Source: Candidatus Nitrosopelagicus sp. (GTDB lineage Archaea > Thermoproteota > Nitrososphaeria > Nitrososphaerales > Nitrosopumilaceae). Taken from it: a stretch of DNA of 64,000 nt. The notes below the pieces were generated by a model. That model saw only the letters and a list, made by a program, of their open reading frames with translations. It was not told the DNA's origin and did no database searches. Both the position numbers and the translations under genes were made by a program. Below are positions 42,898-51,926 of this stretch, one piece after another. How positions within the stretch are numbered: position 1 is the stretch's first letter; each line of letters starts with the position of its first letter. The DNA is taken from the NCBI GenBank assembly GCA_022450565.1, contig JAKUOP010000010.1:10629-74628 (forward strand), written 5' to 3'.

Positions 42898-43884
42898 CTA
42901 AACAAATAAGTGAATTATGTAAGTAAATGCTATACCAAGTCCGGCAGCTCCTGGTATTGTGATTACCCAAGAAAATATTATTTGTCTGCTAACTTTCCAG
43001 CGAACTGCGCGTTTTCTTCGTGCTGCACCAGCTCCCATGATAGTACCTGTGATAGCATGAGTTGTACTTGCTGGAATTCCAAATATTGCAAAAACAGCTA
43101 ACATTAGTCCACCACCGGTTTCAGCCGCAAATCCCTGGTATGGTTTTAATCTGGTGACTTTAACCCCAAGTGTTTTGATAACTTTGTATCCTCCAAAGAA
43201 TGTACCTAGACCCATTGCAGCGGCTGCAGCAACGATTACCCAAAGTGGCATATGAATCTCCGAAATAAGATCTGCAGAAAACAAGATAAGAACAATTATT
43301 CCCATAGTTTTTTGCCCATCATTTGCTCCATGTGTAAGTGCAAACCATGCAGAAGATATTATCTGCAACCGACCAAATGTTCTGTTAACTATAGCAGGTC
43401 TACGTCTAGCAAATATCCAAATTATCACTCCTGCTAAAGCAATACCAAAAAACATACCACCTATTGGCGCAATTAGTATTCCTGCAAAAACTTTTGTTAG
43501 TCCACCCAAAACAAGCTCCTCAAAGCCTAATCCGGCAATTCCAGCACCCATTATTCCACCAATCAAGGAATGGCTGTTAGAGATTGGTAACCCGAAATAG
43601 GTGCATAATGAACTCCAAGTAATTGCACCTGCCAAACCACCAATAATCATGTAGACAGTAATCTCATCAGGACTGACAATTCCCTTTGCAATAGTGGTGG
43701 CAACTGCAACTCCAAAAATGAATGGACCTGCAAAATTAGCAGCAGCAGATAATGTAACAGCATGGAGTGGTCGCAAAACACGTGTTCCAATCACTGTAGC
43801 AACCGAATTTGCAGAGTCGTTGAACCCATTGACAAAATCAAAGACTAATGCTATAATTATGGCGGCTATTGCTATTTCTAACAT
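42898..43884 (-). CDS. pit: PiT-family inorganic phosphate transporter
   Basis: GFNDSANS and HGANDGQKTMG signatures, PASTTH. Confidence 0.93.
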   Translation of the reverse strand: MLEIAIAAIIIALVFDFVNGFNDSANSVATVIGTRVLRPLHAVTLSAAANFAGPFIFGVAVATTIAKGIVSPDEITVYMIIGGLAGAITWSSLCTYFGLPISNSHSLIGGIMGAGIAGLGFEELVLGGLTKVFAGILIAPIGGMFFGIALAGVIIWIFARRRPAIVNRTFGRLQIISSAWFALTHGANDGQKTMGIIVLILFSADLISEIHMPLWVIVAAAAAMGLGTFFGGYKVIKTLGVKVTRLKPYQGFAAETGGGLMLAVFAIFGIPASTTHAITGTIMGAGAARRKRAVRWKVSRQIIFSWVITIPGAAGLGIAFTYIIHLFV

Positions 43885-43892
43885 ATAATCAC

Positions 43893-44522
43893 CTAGGTAT
43901 ATTTCAGAACTATATCCTCAACAACATCAGCAACGTCTACACATCTGTCTGATGCACTCTCCAATTTTTCATAGATATCTTTCAGCTTGATGATTTCTAT
44001 TGGATCATTACTCTCAAAGAGTTTGGTTATAGCAGCTGAATACAAATCATCAACTTTGTGTTCAATTTCGCTTGTTTTTCTGCAGTGTTCAATCATTGAA
44101 GAAGGATTCTTGATATTTCGTAATTTTGCTGTCATTAGTTCTACTTCTTTTGTTGCTTTGACTAGTTCATTTGCCATATCCAGTGCATATGGAGGAGCAG
44201 TGGTTATTTTATAACTTTGAAGTCTTGCAGATATCCCATCAATATGATCAATTGTATCATCTATTTTTGATGCAACCCTTTGCATGTCCTCACGATCTAA
44301 AGGAGTGATGAATGTTCTGTTTAATTCCGAAAAAATATCTCGTACTAGTTTGTCAGCCTCTGTTTCAATAGTATGAATTTTTTTGTGACATTCATCAATC
44401 TTAAGATCTGTTAACATGATAACTAATTCTTCAGATATCTCAACAGATTTTTTTGCCAAATTATCTAACGTTACTAAAATTTCTTTTTCGTTTGATTTTA
44501 CCCAAGAGAAGAACTGTCCCAT
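43893..44522 (-). CDS. DUF47 (PhoU-like) phosphate transport regulator
   Basis: IETEAD, FITPLDRED, EHKVD, LESASDRC; upstream of pit. Confidence 0.9.
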   Translation of the reverse strand: MGQFFSWVKSNEKEILVTLDNLAKKSVEISEELVIMLTDLKIDECHKKIHTIETEADKLVRDIFSELNRTFITPLDREDMQRVASKIDDTIDHIDGISARLQSYKITTAPPYALDMANELVKATKEVELMTAKLRNIKNPSSMIEHCRKTSEIEHKVDDLYSAAITKLFESNDPIEIIKLKDIYEKLESASDRCVDVADVVEDIVLKYT

Positions 44523-44558
44523 GCGTTTTTGAAGATATATTTAGAATTAACCCTGATC

Positions 44559-44593
44559 AACATAATCTATATAGTATCAATATAGATCATGTT
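44559..44593. promoter_or_regulatory. 14-bp inverted repeat, candidate operator in divergent promoter
   Basis: AACATAATCTATAT-agtatca-ATATAGATCATGTT (13/14 arm match). Confidence 0.4.
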
Positions 44594-44648
44594 AAACATC
44601 GATCAGATAATTCTGATGATTAAAATATCAATGGTTTGATTGTAAATC

Positions 44649-45017
44649 GTGATAACAGTTGATTGCCATGATGTAGAATCAATACAAAATGAGTTAGTCA
44701 TATATGTTGCAGATCAGGTTGGCGCAGTTCCAAATCTGAAATACCACGAGTTCATCCTATCACCGATAGAAGATGATGAGAATATTGATACAAAAGAGGT
44801 GGTGACATCAATCAAGGAGTTTTTAGAGTCAATTGGGGAACAAAGGAATTTCGCCGTAATTACAAAGGGCGATATTATAGCAATAGAGTCAATATCAGGC
44901 AAGGTAATTGAGCGTGAGGCAACCCCTAAAGCTGATCTTTTTTCGTGTCCACATTGCGGATTTATCACCCAATACGAGGTAGATTACAACACACATATGA
45001 AAATCCACTATCTATAA
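44649..45017 (+). CDS. C2H2 zinc-finger protein
   Basis: C-terminal CPHCGF...HMKIH; GTG start. Confidence 0.7.
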   Translation: MITVDCHDVESIQNELVIYVADQVGAVPNLKYHEFILSPIEDDENIDTKEVVTSIKEFLESIGEQRNFAVITKGDIIAIESISGKVIEREATPKADLFSCPHCGFITQYEVDYNTHMKIHYL

Positions 45018-45025
45018 TTAAAAAA

Positions 45026-45100
45026 GCCAATAGAGAGATTTGAACTCTCGACCTATTGATTACAAATCAATTGCTCTAACCAGGCTGAGCTACATTGGCA
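45026..45100 (-). tRNA. tRNA-Thr(TGT)
   Basis: Minus strand GCCAATG/TATTGGC acceptor; ATTGA-TTTGTAA-TCAAT anticodon arm; GTTCAAAT. Confidence 0.95.
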
Positions 45101-45183
45101 CTAAATTTTTCTACACGTAGTCGGTTTAAAATGTTCTCAAAGTATAGGTTACGATTTAATAACATCGAATTTGTGGCTCGATT

Positions 45184-45441
45184 ATGAAGCTAAAGTATGT
45201 CCAACCAAAAAAACTCAAAGTTCTGATGGCCATTTTCTATGGGGTAGGATTATGGGGTATTGTATTTGGATTATGGCTAGGTCAATTTTCAACATCCTCA
45301 GAAGCTTCAATGAATTACTTTATGATAGTAATTCTAGGTACCATCAATTTATTACTCGGTGGTTTAATGTCATATCTGTTTTTAACCCAAGAACACAAGG
45401 TGGATCCAAGAAAAGACTCAAAGTACAAACGAAAGAAATAG
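45184..45441 (+). CDS. small two-TM membrane protein
   Basis: ORF track; two hydrophobic helices, basic C-terminus. Confidence 0.6.
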   Translation: MKLKYVQPKKLKVLMAIFYGVGLWGIVFGLWLGQFSTSSEASMNYFMIVILGTINLLLGGLMSYLFLTQEHKVDPRKDSKYKRKK

Positions 45442-45966
45442 AGTGCACACAACTAGAATATTTGTCGCAAAGTGCATTGCATAAGAGTTGTCAACTCCTT
45501 TCTTATCATATACATACTTGAACACAAAGCCAACTGGTATGAGAATTAATGCCATGTGGATTTTTATTCCCATTGCAATGTGAATTAATGCCCAAACAAT
45601 CACCATCTTTTTTGATTTTCTAAAAAACCTCTCCTCAAAGTAGTTGATGTGGATGAACATGTAAAGAAGCAGTGGCATTAATGGTACTATTCCCCAAATT
45701 CCTTCATCTGCAAATGGACCAAACGCAATGTTGTATCCTAGCCAACTCCAATTCAGTATTGGTATTTGATCAACATATGGAAAAATAATTGTGACATATA
45801 ATGCTAAAATTCCAAATGGAATTGGGGCATATTTTATTGACTTTAATCCATTTTTTAGATTGGATATTCTCTTTTTTGTTTCTTTGATTAACAGTAAGCT
45901 GCTACCAACTGTTAGTACATAGTAACCAATAACAAACATATCTGAATTAAAAAAAGATGTATCCAT
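45418..45966 (-). CDS. CPBP/CAAX-protease-like intramembrane protein
   Basis: FEERFFR, WALIH and MHFATN motifs in a multi-TM protein. Confidence 0.6.
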   Translation of the reverse strand: MDTSFFNSDMFVIGYYVLTVGSSLLLIKETKKRISNLKNGLKSIKYAPIPFGILALYVTIIFPYVDQIPILNWSWLGYNIAFGPFADEGIWGIVPLMPLLLYMFIHINYFEERFFRKSKKMVIVWALIHIAMGIKIHMALILIPVGFVFKYVYDKKGVDNSYAMHFATNILVVCTLFLSFVL

Positions 45967-46016
45967 TAGAACATTCTGAGGACATTCATTAAATAAGCTA
46001 TCTTACAATTACAATC

Positions 46017-46478
46017 ATGGTTGTTGAAGTAGGAGACATTGCTGAAAATTTTGAGCTTACTGCACATGATGGTTCGAATGTAAGCCTAGACTCATACAAA
46101 GATAAGAAAAATGTTGTACTATGCTTTTATCCAAAGAATCACCTCTTTGCATGCCCATCAAAAAAGGTCTTCGAGATGGCTGAAAGTGTAATTTCGGTTT
46201 TTCCTCAGATTGAATCTACAGACACAATTCTTTTTGCAATTTCAGTTGATACTGTGGAATCACAGGCAAAATTTGTTGACGAGTATAATATTCCGTACAT
46301 TCATCTAAGCGACACCCAAAAATCAGCATGTAAGAAATATGCAGGTCTCAACATGGTTGGACTTGCAAAGAGGTCTACTTTTGTAATTGATAAGAAAGGA
46401 AATGTCAAGAGTGTTTTTCGTGACATTGATGCAAAAAATCATGGCAACCAAATTCTTGAATCATTAAAGCAGACCTAG
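46017..46478 (+). CDS. peroxiredoxin (Bcp/AhpC-TSA-like), atypical active site
   Basis: VVLCFYPK, ISVD, LSD, KRSTFVIDKKG; YPKNHLFAC instead of PxxxTxxC. Confidence 0.75.
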   Translation: MVVEVGDIAENFELTAHDGSNVSLDSYKDKKNVVLCFYPKNHLFACPSKKVFEMAESVISVFPQIESTDTILFAISVDTVESQAKFVDEYNIPYIHLSDTQKSACKKYAGLNMVGLAKRSTFVIDKKGNVKSVFRDIDAKNHGNQILESLKQT

Positions 46479-46523
46479 TGGTAAATTATAAAGTATAAAT
46501 TGTGTCCATAGAATTTCCAAATA

Positions 46524-47075
46524 ATGCTTGATCTAGTTGCAAAGAAATTATTTCTTACAAAGGGAATTGGAGTTCATGAAGACAAGCTTACGAGTTTTGA
46601 ATACGCTCTAAGAGATGCAGGCATTGAAGGAACAAACATTGTATTGATTTCTAGCATATTTCCACCAAAAGCAAAACTTGTACCAAGAAAGGAAGGCTTG
46701 AAACTGATAAACCCAGGACAAATTCTATTTACAATCTATTCCAAAAACCAAACAAATGAACCACACAGATTGATTTCTGCATCAGTTGGAGTTGCACAAC
46801 CAAAAGACCGTACAAAGTATGGTTATCTATCTGAATATGAAGCATTTGGCCAAAATGAAAAGGTTGCTGGTGACTATGCAGAAGACATTGCAGCACAAAT
46901 GCTTGCATCATCTCTGGGAATTGACTTTGATCCTGAGAAGAGCTGGGATGAAAAAAGGCAACAATGGAACATTTCTGGCAAAATTTACAAAACACAGAAC
47001 ATAACGCAAACTGCAAAAGGAGACAAAAATGGCAAATGGACTACAGTGTTTGCAGCAGCAGTCTTAATTCTTTAG
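46524..47075 (+). CDS. pdaD: pyruvoyl-dependent arginine decarboxylase
   Basis: SFEYALRDAGI, NIVLISSIFPP cleavage site, GYLSE, WTTVFAAAV. Confidence 0.9.
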   Translation: MLDLVAKKLFLTKGIGVHEDKLTSFEYALRDAGIEGTNIVLISSIFPPKAKLVPRKEGLKLINPGQILFTIYSKNQTNEPHRLISASVGVAQPKDRTKYGYLSEYEAFGQNEKVAGDYAEDIAAQMLASSLGIDFDPEKSWDEKRQQWNISGKIYKTQNITQTAKGDKNGKWTTVFAAAVLIL

Positions 47076-48427
47076 CGCTTTGATTTGTATCCCTTCATAT
47101 AGTAAATTGCAGCAGCTACAGCTACTACAATAATTACTGCTAAAATTGCATATTGTGACTGTTCATCTTCTTCTGCAACAATTTCTTCTTCAGGCATTTC
47201 TTTTTCTACTGTTTCGTCCAGTACACTTGACTGAATACTAACTTGACTTGCCTCATCCCATTGTGATGTTTTGAATATTAAATCGTCACCTGATACTGAG
47301 TTACTTTGACCAAAAAGAAATTTTCCCGCAACAAAGTTTCCATGTGATTTCTCAAAAAACCATCCCTTTTTTGCTATATCATCAACTGTTGAAATTTTTT
47401 CAATTACATGTGCATTAGCAGAATCAATTTTGATTGGATAGCCTTCATCTGTGAATACAAGCACATCTAAAATTGAATTTAATGGTGTAAACTCGTTGGC
47501 AAAGTAACTGGAGCGTTTTAATTCATTTATGAACAGTGGGTCAAGTGGTTTGATTTCTGATATACTGGCACTAACATTGTGGTATTTTGTTGAAACATTT
47601 AGCATGTATCGTGAACCATCACTCTCTGGGAAAATTGTCATTGCAACAGTTGATGTAGTAACTGATGGACCAGCAATCTGTCCTTCATATCTTGGAATTC
47701 CATATGTTTCATCATTTGACATATCATTTGCTATATCATAAAAACCTCCACCGCCACTAATTTTTTTAGATATCAATAAATTCGAGAATTTGTCAAACAA
47801 TTCCTCTGAATTTTGTTTTGGCATTGTATATACTGCAGACACAGTACCCTCAATCACTTTTTCTAAATCTACATCCTCGTTACCTTTTTGAATATATACT
47901 GAATGAAATTTTCCATTAGATTGGAATTCGCGATTGATATCATCAATTAATGAATTGCCAATTCTTTTTGTTTCCAATTGAACTCTCTTAACATGTCCAT
48001 CTGATTCTTCTCTATCTTCGTCTGTGATGAATTTTTTAATTTGTTCAAAATTAAGATTTATCAGTATACACTGATTACCGTCTTTTACACCAGGTACACA
48101 TCCAACTAAATCCCCGTTATGATTAATCTCTTCCAAGTTTGTAAAAACAATAGATTGGACTAATGATTCCTGATTGATTCTTTCAATTAGCTCATCTGAA
48201 AATTTGAATTCGTCATTACTTGTACTTTGTAACCCAACTGAAATTTCAACATCACCTGCTGATTTTATTAGCATTAACCCCTCACCCTGTCCCATTCTTA
48301 GCTGATAATTATACACGACAAAGACATTTTCTGAGAATGGTGGATTTGTCAGTTCTTGTGCTATCACAGGTGGTATTATCGCAATCGAAAATATCACAAC
48401 AAAAATCGAAAAAATTATCTTTAACAC
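47072..48427 (-). CDS. secreted protein with C-terminal membrane anchor
   Basis: Signal peptide; C-terminal YAILAVIIVVAVAAAIYYMKGYKSKR. Confidence 0.65.
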   Translation of the reverse strand: MLKIIFSIFVVIFSIAIIPPVIAQELTNPPFSENVFVVYNYQLRMGQGEGLMLIKSAGDVEISVGLQSTSNDEFKFSDELIERINQESLVQSIVFTNLEEINHNGDLVGCVPGVKDGNQCILINLNFEQIKKFITDEDREESDGHVKRVQLETKRIGNSLIDDINREFQSNGKFHSVYIQKGNEDVDLEKVIEGTVSAVYTMPKQNSEELFDKFSNLLISKKISGGGGFYDIANDMSNDETYGIPRYEGQIAGPSVTTSTVAMTIFPESDGSRYMLNVSTKYHNVSASISEIKPLDPLFINELKRSSYFANEFTPLNSILDVLVFTDEGYPIKIDSANAHVIEKISTVDDIAKKGWFFEKSHGNFVAGKFLFGQSNSVSGDDLIFKTSQWDEASQVSIQSSVLDETVEKEMPEEEIVAEEDEQSQYAILAVIIVVAVAAAIYYMKGYKSKR

Positions 48428-48526
48428 AATGTTTGAGAAAAAATTTTGGATTATTAGTTTTACTATAAGCAGTCAACGTTTAAATCCAAATAGAATTTAT
48501 CAAAAATTGACATCGATTCAAACCGT

Positions 48527-48570
48527 TGGGGAACAAGCTGGCAGTCAGATGGCTCTGGCTGTCAGCCCCA
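48527..48570 (+). ncRNA. GC-rich intergenic stem-loop (candidate small RNA)
   Basis: GCTGGCAGTCAGA-TGGC-TCTGGCTGTCAGC 13-bp stem incl. 3 G-U pairs, plus outer TGGG/CCCA. Confidence 0.4.
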
Positions 48571-48579
48571 TTTTATTAT

Positions 48580-50349
48580 CTATAATTTAGAAAGTGTGTT
48601 CACTTGATTTTTGATATAATCAAAGCCATCTTGCCAGAACTGTGTCTTACTAATATCAAACCCATGCTCTTTGAGTAGTAATTCAGGTTTTTTGGAACCG
48701 CCAGCCGCAAGAATGTCAGTGTATATTGGGGCAAAACTTTTTCCTTCCTTTTTGTACGTTTGGAAAAGTGACAGTGAGAGAAGATTTCCAAATGAATATG
48801 AGTAGCAGTAGAATGGACTGTGATAAAAATGTGGAATGTAACTCCACTCTATTGCAAAATCATCTGAGATATCAATTGAATTTCCAAATTGTGTTTTGAG
48901 ATTTTTAAGATATGTATTTGATAATTCATCAACAGTTGTAGAATTTGCAATTTGTTCATGTGCGTCCATCTCAAATATAGTAAAAAATGACTGACGGCAA
49001 ATTGTTGCATAAAAATCATCAATTTTTTCAGCCAACATAGATTTTTTTTCTTGGTCATTAATTGAATCTGAAATGTTGTCGTACAGTAGGAGTTCCGAGT
49101 ATGTAGATGCAGTTTCTGCAAGTGGTAATGATGCATCAGAGACCAGAATAGATTTGTCTGATGCAGCAATACTATGGACTGCATGACCTATTTCATGCGC
49201 TAAGGTGAATACATCTCGTGATTTTCCTGTATAGTTAATGAGAACAAATGGTGTTATGTATGGCAATGGAGTACTACAAAATGCACCATCACGTTTACCT
49301 GGTCTAATGGAGTGGTCTACATGATTTTCATTAAACACACGCGAAGCAAATTCAGATATTTTTGGGCTGAATTTGGAAAGTGAATCTAGAACTAGTTTTA
49401 CTCCGTTATCATACGAATAATTTTTTTCTTTTTTATTACTTTTTGTTGGCGCATACAGATCATACCTTCTGAGCTTTTTCATCCCTGACATGCTTGCTTT
49501 CTTTGAAAAATATTTTTGAAAGACAGGCGCATTTTTTTTACATACATGCAATAATGATTCGACTGTTTTATCATCAATATCATTGCCAACATTTTGAATT
49601 GAAATTGGAGATGAGAAATTCCTCATATCGATTCCTTCATTTTTCCAGTTTAGAACAATATTTTGATAAATCTCTCCTACCACACCCTTATTTTTCTGAT
49701 ATTTAGACAGCAATGCCTTGTAAGCAGTTTCTCGTGTCTTTGCGCTTTTACTTCGAACAAGAGTCGTTAATTCCTCTCGCCCCATAGTTTTTTTCTTTCC
49801 ATTAATCTTAACTGTATAAGTAAACGCGTTTGTAATCTTGTCATATAATTTGACAAGTGCTCTTATCCCAGTAACATCCAGTGTGTTGATTATACGTTCT
49901 TCTGGTTCAGTAAGTGAATATTTTGACATTAATCTCTTGTATCTTAGATAATCTGAAAGTTCTCCTGCATTTTTCATGAGACGTTTGGCATTTTTCTCAT
50001 CAACTTGTTTTTTCCACCATAAATCAAAAAACAACATCTGATTTTCAATTTTTGATCCAAACTGTGAAATTTTTGTTAGAAGTGCAGTTGCCTCGTCTGA
50101 TTGCGTATCTTCAGAATATTTTAGTGAAGCATATCCAATTATGTGGTTAGATTTCTCACTTATGTCTTCAATATGATGTAGCATTTTAAGAAATTTGGAT
50201 TCTGATATTGATGGTGTTAATGTCTTTTTTTGCATCTGAAATTGTTTTGCATGTTTTTCAATTTCTTTAATTTTTTTATCAAAAACTTGCCTTGTTGGAT
50301 TTTTTACTAAATCACTTAAATCCCATTTACCATTATTACCGCTTTTCAT
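48580..50349 (-). CDS. pepF: oligoendopeptidase F (M3B)
   Basis: KWDLSDL, GKRDGAFC, TLAHEIGHAVH, LAETAS, IPHFY..PFYCYSY; start MKSG 50349. Confidence 0.92.
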   Translation of the reverse strand: MKSGNNGKWDLSDLVKNPTRQVFDKKIKEIEKHAKQFQMQKKTLTPSISESKFLKMLHHIEDISEKSNHIIGYASLKYSEDTQSDEATALLTKISQFGSKIENQMLFFDLWWKKQVDEKNAKRLMKNAGELSDYLRYKRLMSKYSLTEPEERIINTLDVTGIRALVKLYDKITNAFTYTVKINGKKKTMGREELTTLVRSKSAKTRETAYKALLSKYQKNKGVVGEIYQNIVLNWKNEGIDMRNFSSPISIQNVGNDIDDKTVESLLHVCKKNAPVFQKYFSKKASMSGMKKLRRYDLYAPTKSNKKEKNYSYDNGVKLVLDSLSKFSPKISEFASRVFNENHVDHSIRPGKRDGAFCSTPLPYITPFVLINYTGKSRDVFTLAHEIGHAVHSIAASDKSILVSDASLPLAETASTYSELLLYDNISDSINDQEKKSMLAEKIDDFYATICRQSFFTIFEMDAHEQIANSTTVDELSNTYLKNLKTQFGNSIDISDDFAIEWSYIPHFYHSPFYCYSYSFGNLLSLSLFQTYKKEGKSFAPIYTDILAAGGSKKPELLLKEHGFDISKTQFWQDGFDYIKNQVNTLSKL

Positions 50350-50350
50350 T

Positions 50351-50605
50351 TTAATAGTAATCCTTGTGAACGTAGCACCAGCGCCATGACTTTGTTGGCA
50401 GAGCAACCATTACTGGATGACCAGTTTCCTCATGATGTTTGGTTGCATGTCTACCAATTGATGAATCACAGCATCCAACATGACCACATGTAAGACACAT
50501 TCTAATTGCAACCCATGGAGTTTTTTCTTTTTCACATTCTTCACACCCTTTTGTAATTGGGTTCACATCTTTTGCTTGCTCAAAGTGCTCGCACTCGGTT
50601 CCCAT
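50351..50605 (-). CDS. stand-alone UBP-type zinc finger protein
   Basis: CEH, CEEC, RMCLTCGHVGCCDSS, HATKH, WCYVH. Confidence 0.88.
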   Translation of the reverse strand: MGTECEHFEQAKDVNPITKGCEECEKEKTPWVAIRMCLTCGHVGCCDSSIGRHATKHHEETGHPVMVALPTKSWRWCYVHKDYY

Positions 50606-50684
50606 ACTTTTGCTAATCTTATAGAGTTACTATATCTTTTCACCGTATTCTAACGTCTAAATAACACATTTTCAAATTTATCTT

Positions 50685-50759
50685 GGATCCGTCGTCTAGC
50701 TTGGTTTGGATGCCGCACTCACACTGCGGAGGTCAAGGGTTCAAATCCCTTCGGATCCA
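50685..50759 (+). tRNA. tRNA-Val(CAC)
   Basis: GGATCCG/CGGATCC acceptor; CCGCA-CTCACAC-TGCGG anticodon arm; GTTCAAAT. Confidence 0.95.
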
Positions 50760-50764
50760 CTATA

Positions 50765-50887
50765 TTATCTAAAAATTTTTTCTATCTTTTTCCGTCCGTC
50801 TTTTCCAATCAAAAAGAAAGCACCCGCACCCAATAATGCAGTTGGAATTGCCACATATAGCAGATCTAGTACTGGGTCTCCGCACAT
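50765..50887 (-). CDS. 40-aa single-TM microprotein (not in ORF track)
   Basis: MCGDPVLDLLYVAIPTALLGAGAFFLIGKDGRKKIEKIFR (alternative start 50896). Confidence 0.5.
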   Translation of the reverse strand: MCGDPVLDLLYVAIPTALLGAGAFFLIGKDGRKKIEKIFR

Positions 50888-50971
50888 AACAACCATCACA
50901 ATAACTAGTATTTGAATTCTGCACCTAAATCTTTGAAACCCATGTCATTTTTCGTCAACTTTGTGGCAGTG

Positions 50972-50987
50972 AATCCCTTCGGTTCCA
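50972..50987 (+). repeat. degenerate direct repeat of tRNA-Val 3' end (att-like)
   Basis: AATCCCTTCGGTTCCA vs AATCCCTTCGGATCCA at 50744-50759, 15/16 identical. Confidence 0.6.
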
Positions 50988-51056
50988 TTACAACATTCTC
51001 AAAAATTGAAGTAAAATCAAAATTGATATAACATATAGATTTCATATAATTCGATA

Positions 51057-51653
51057 ATGTCACGTGATAATTTTATACATGAGGCAAATCTGCTTACAGA
51101 CCAACAAAAAAATGAGGAATGTCTAGATTTATGTGATAAAGCACTTGCTATAGATGATAAAAATGCTGATGCATTACTTCACAAAGGTGCTTGTTTAATT
51201 AGATTGAAAAAACCAGAAGATGCTATACCATGTTGTGATAAGATACTAAACGGTCATGCATTTTTTATTAATGATATTGATTTGTCTACTGCCATGACAC
51301 TTGACAATAAAGGATTTGCATTATCCATGTTAGGAAAGTTTGAAGATGCTTTAGAATATCATGATAAAGCACTTGCTATAGATGATAAAAATGAAAAAAC
51401 TTTTGTGAATAAAGCACTTGCATTTGGCGGTTTAGGCAAATATGATGAATCATTAAAAAACAGTGAGCATGCAATATCAATCAATCAAAATTATGCTAAG
51501 GCGTGGAATAATGCTGGATACGCATTACACAAACTTGGTAAATCTGAAGATGGGCTAGAATATGTAGAAAAGGCATTAGAATTGGATCCTACCGATAAAG
51601 ACGCATTGGATTCTAAACATGTTATTCTTGAGGCTTTGGGTAGAACTGATTAA
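51057..51653 (+). CDS. TPR-repeat protein
   Basis: Repeated CDKALAIDDKN / HDKALAIDDKN / AWNNAG TPR units. Confidence 0.85.
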   Translation: MSRDNFIHEANLLTDQQKNEECLDLCDKALAIDDKNADALLHKGACLIRLKKPEDAIPCCDKILNGHAFFINDIDLSTAMTLDNKGFALSMLGKFEDALEYHDKALAIDDKNEKTFVNKALAFGGLGKYDESLKNSEHAISINQNYAKAWNNAGYALHKLGKSEDGLEYVEKALELDPTDKDALDSKHVILEALGRTD

Positions 51654-51655
51654 GA

Positions 51656-51742
51656 CTATACACCCATCATTGAAAATATTCCGTATGTTAAAATGAACAC
51701 ACCCAATAATATTATGATCTTTGATAATGTTCCAAACTTCAT
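51656..51742 (-). CDS. 28-aa hydrophobic micropeptide (not in ORF track)
   Basis: MKFGTLSKIIILLGVFILTYGIFSMMGV. Confidence 0.4.
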   Translation of the reverse strand: MKFGTLSKIIILLGVFILTYGIFSMMGV

Positions 51743-51812
51743 TTATGTTCTCAGGGTATGAGTTAGTTATAAAAAATCTTCTCTTAAATATGGATTCAAA
51801 AAACACCTAGTA

Positions 51813-51917
51813 TTGATTGACGTACCATGGAAATGGGTAATAATTGCAGTTGGTATAATATGCCTGGGAACAATTACAAATTATTTATTACCAGAGTTTC
51901 TGTTCAATTTTAAATAA
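51813..51917 (+). CDS. 34-aa hydrophobic micropeptide (TTG start, not in ORF track)
   Basis: (M)IDVPWKWVIIAVGIICLGTITNYLLPEFLFNFK. Confidence 0.4.
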   Translation: MIDVPWKWVIIAVGIICLGTITNYLLPEFLFNFK

Positions 51918-51926
51918 GATTCTCAG

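Noticed and set aside
50350-50406. Track start of pepF at 50406
   Set aside because: Overlaps the ZnF-UBP gene; MKSG at 50349 fits the family N-terminus
50706-50915. 69-aa plus-strand ORF
   Set aside because: Starts within tRNA-Val and runs antisense to a more plausible TM microprotein
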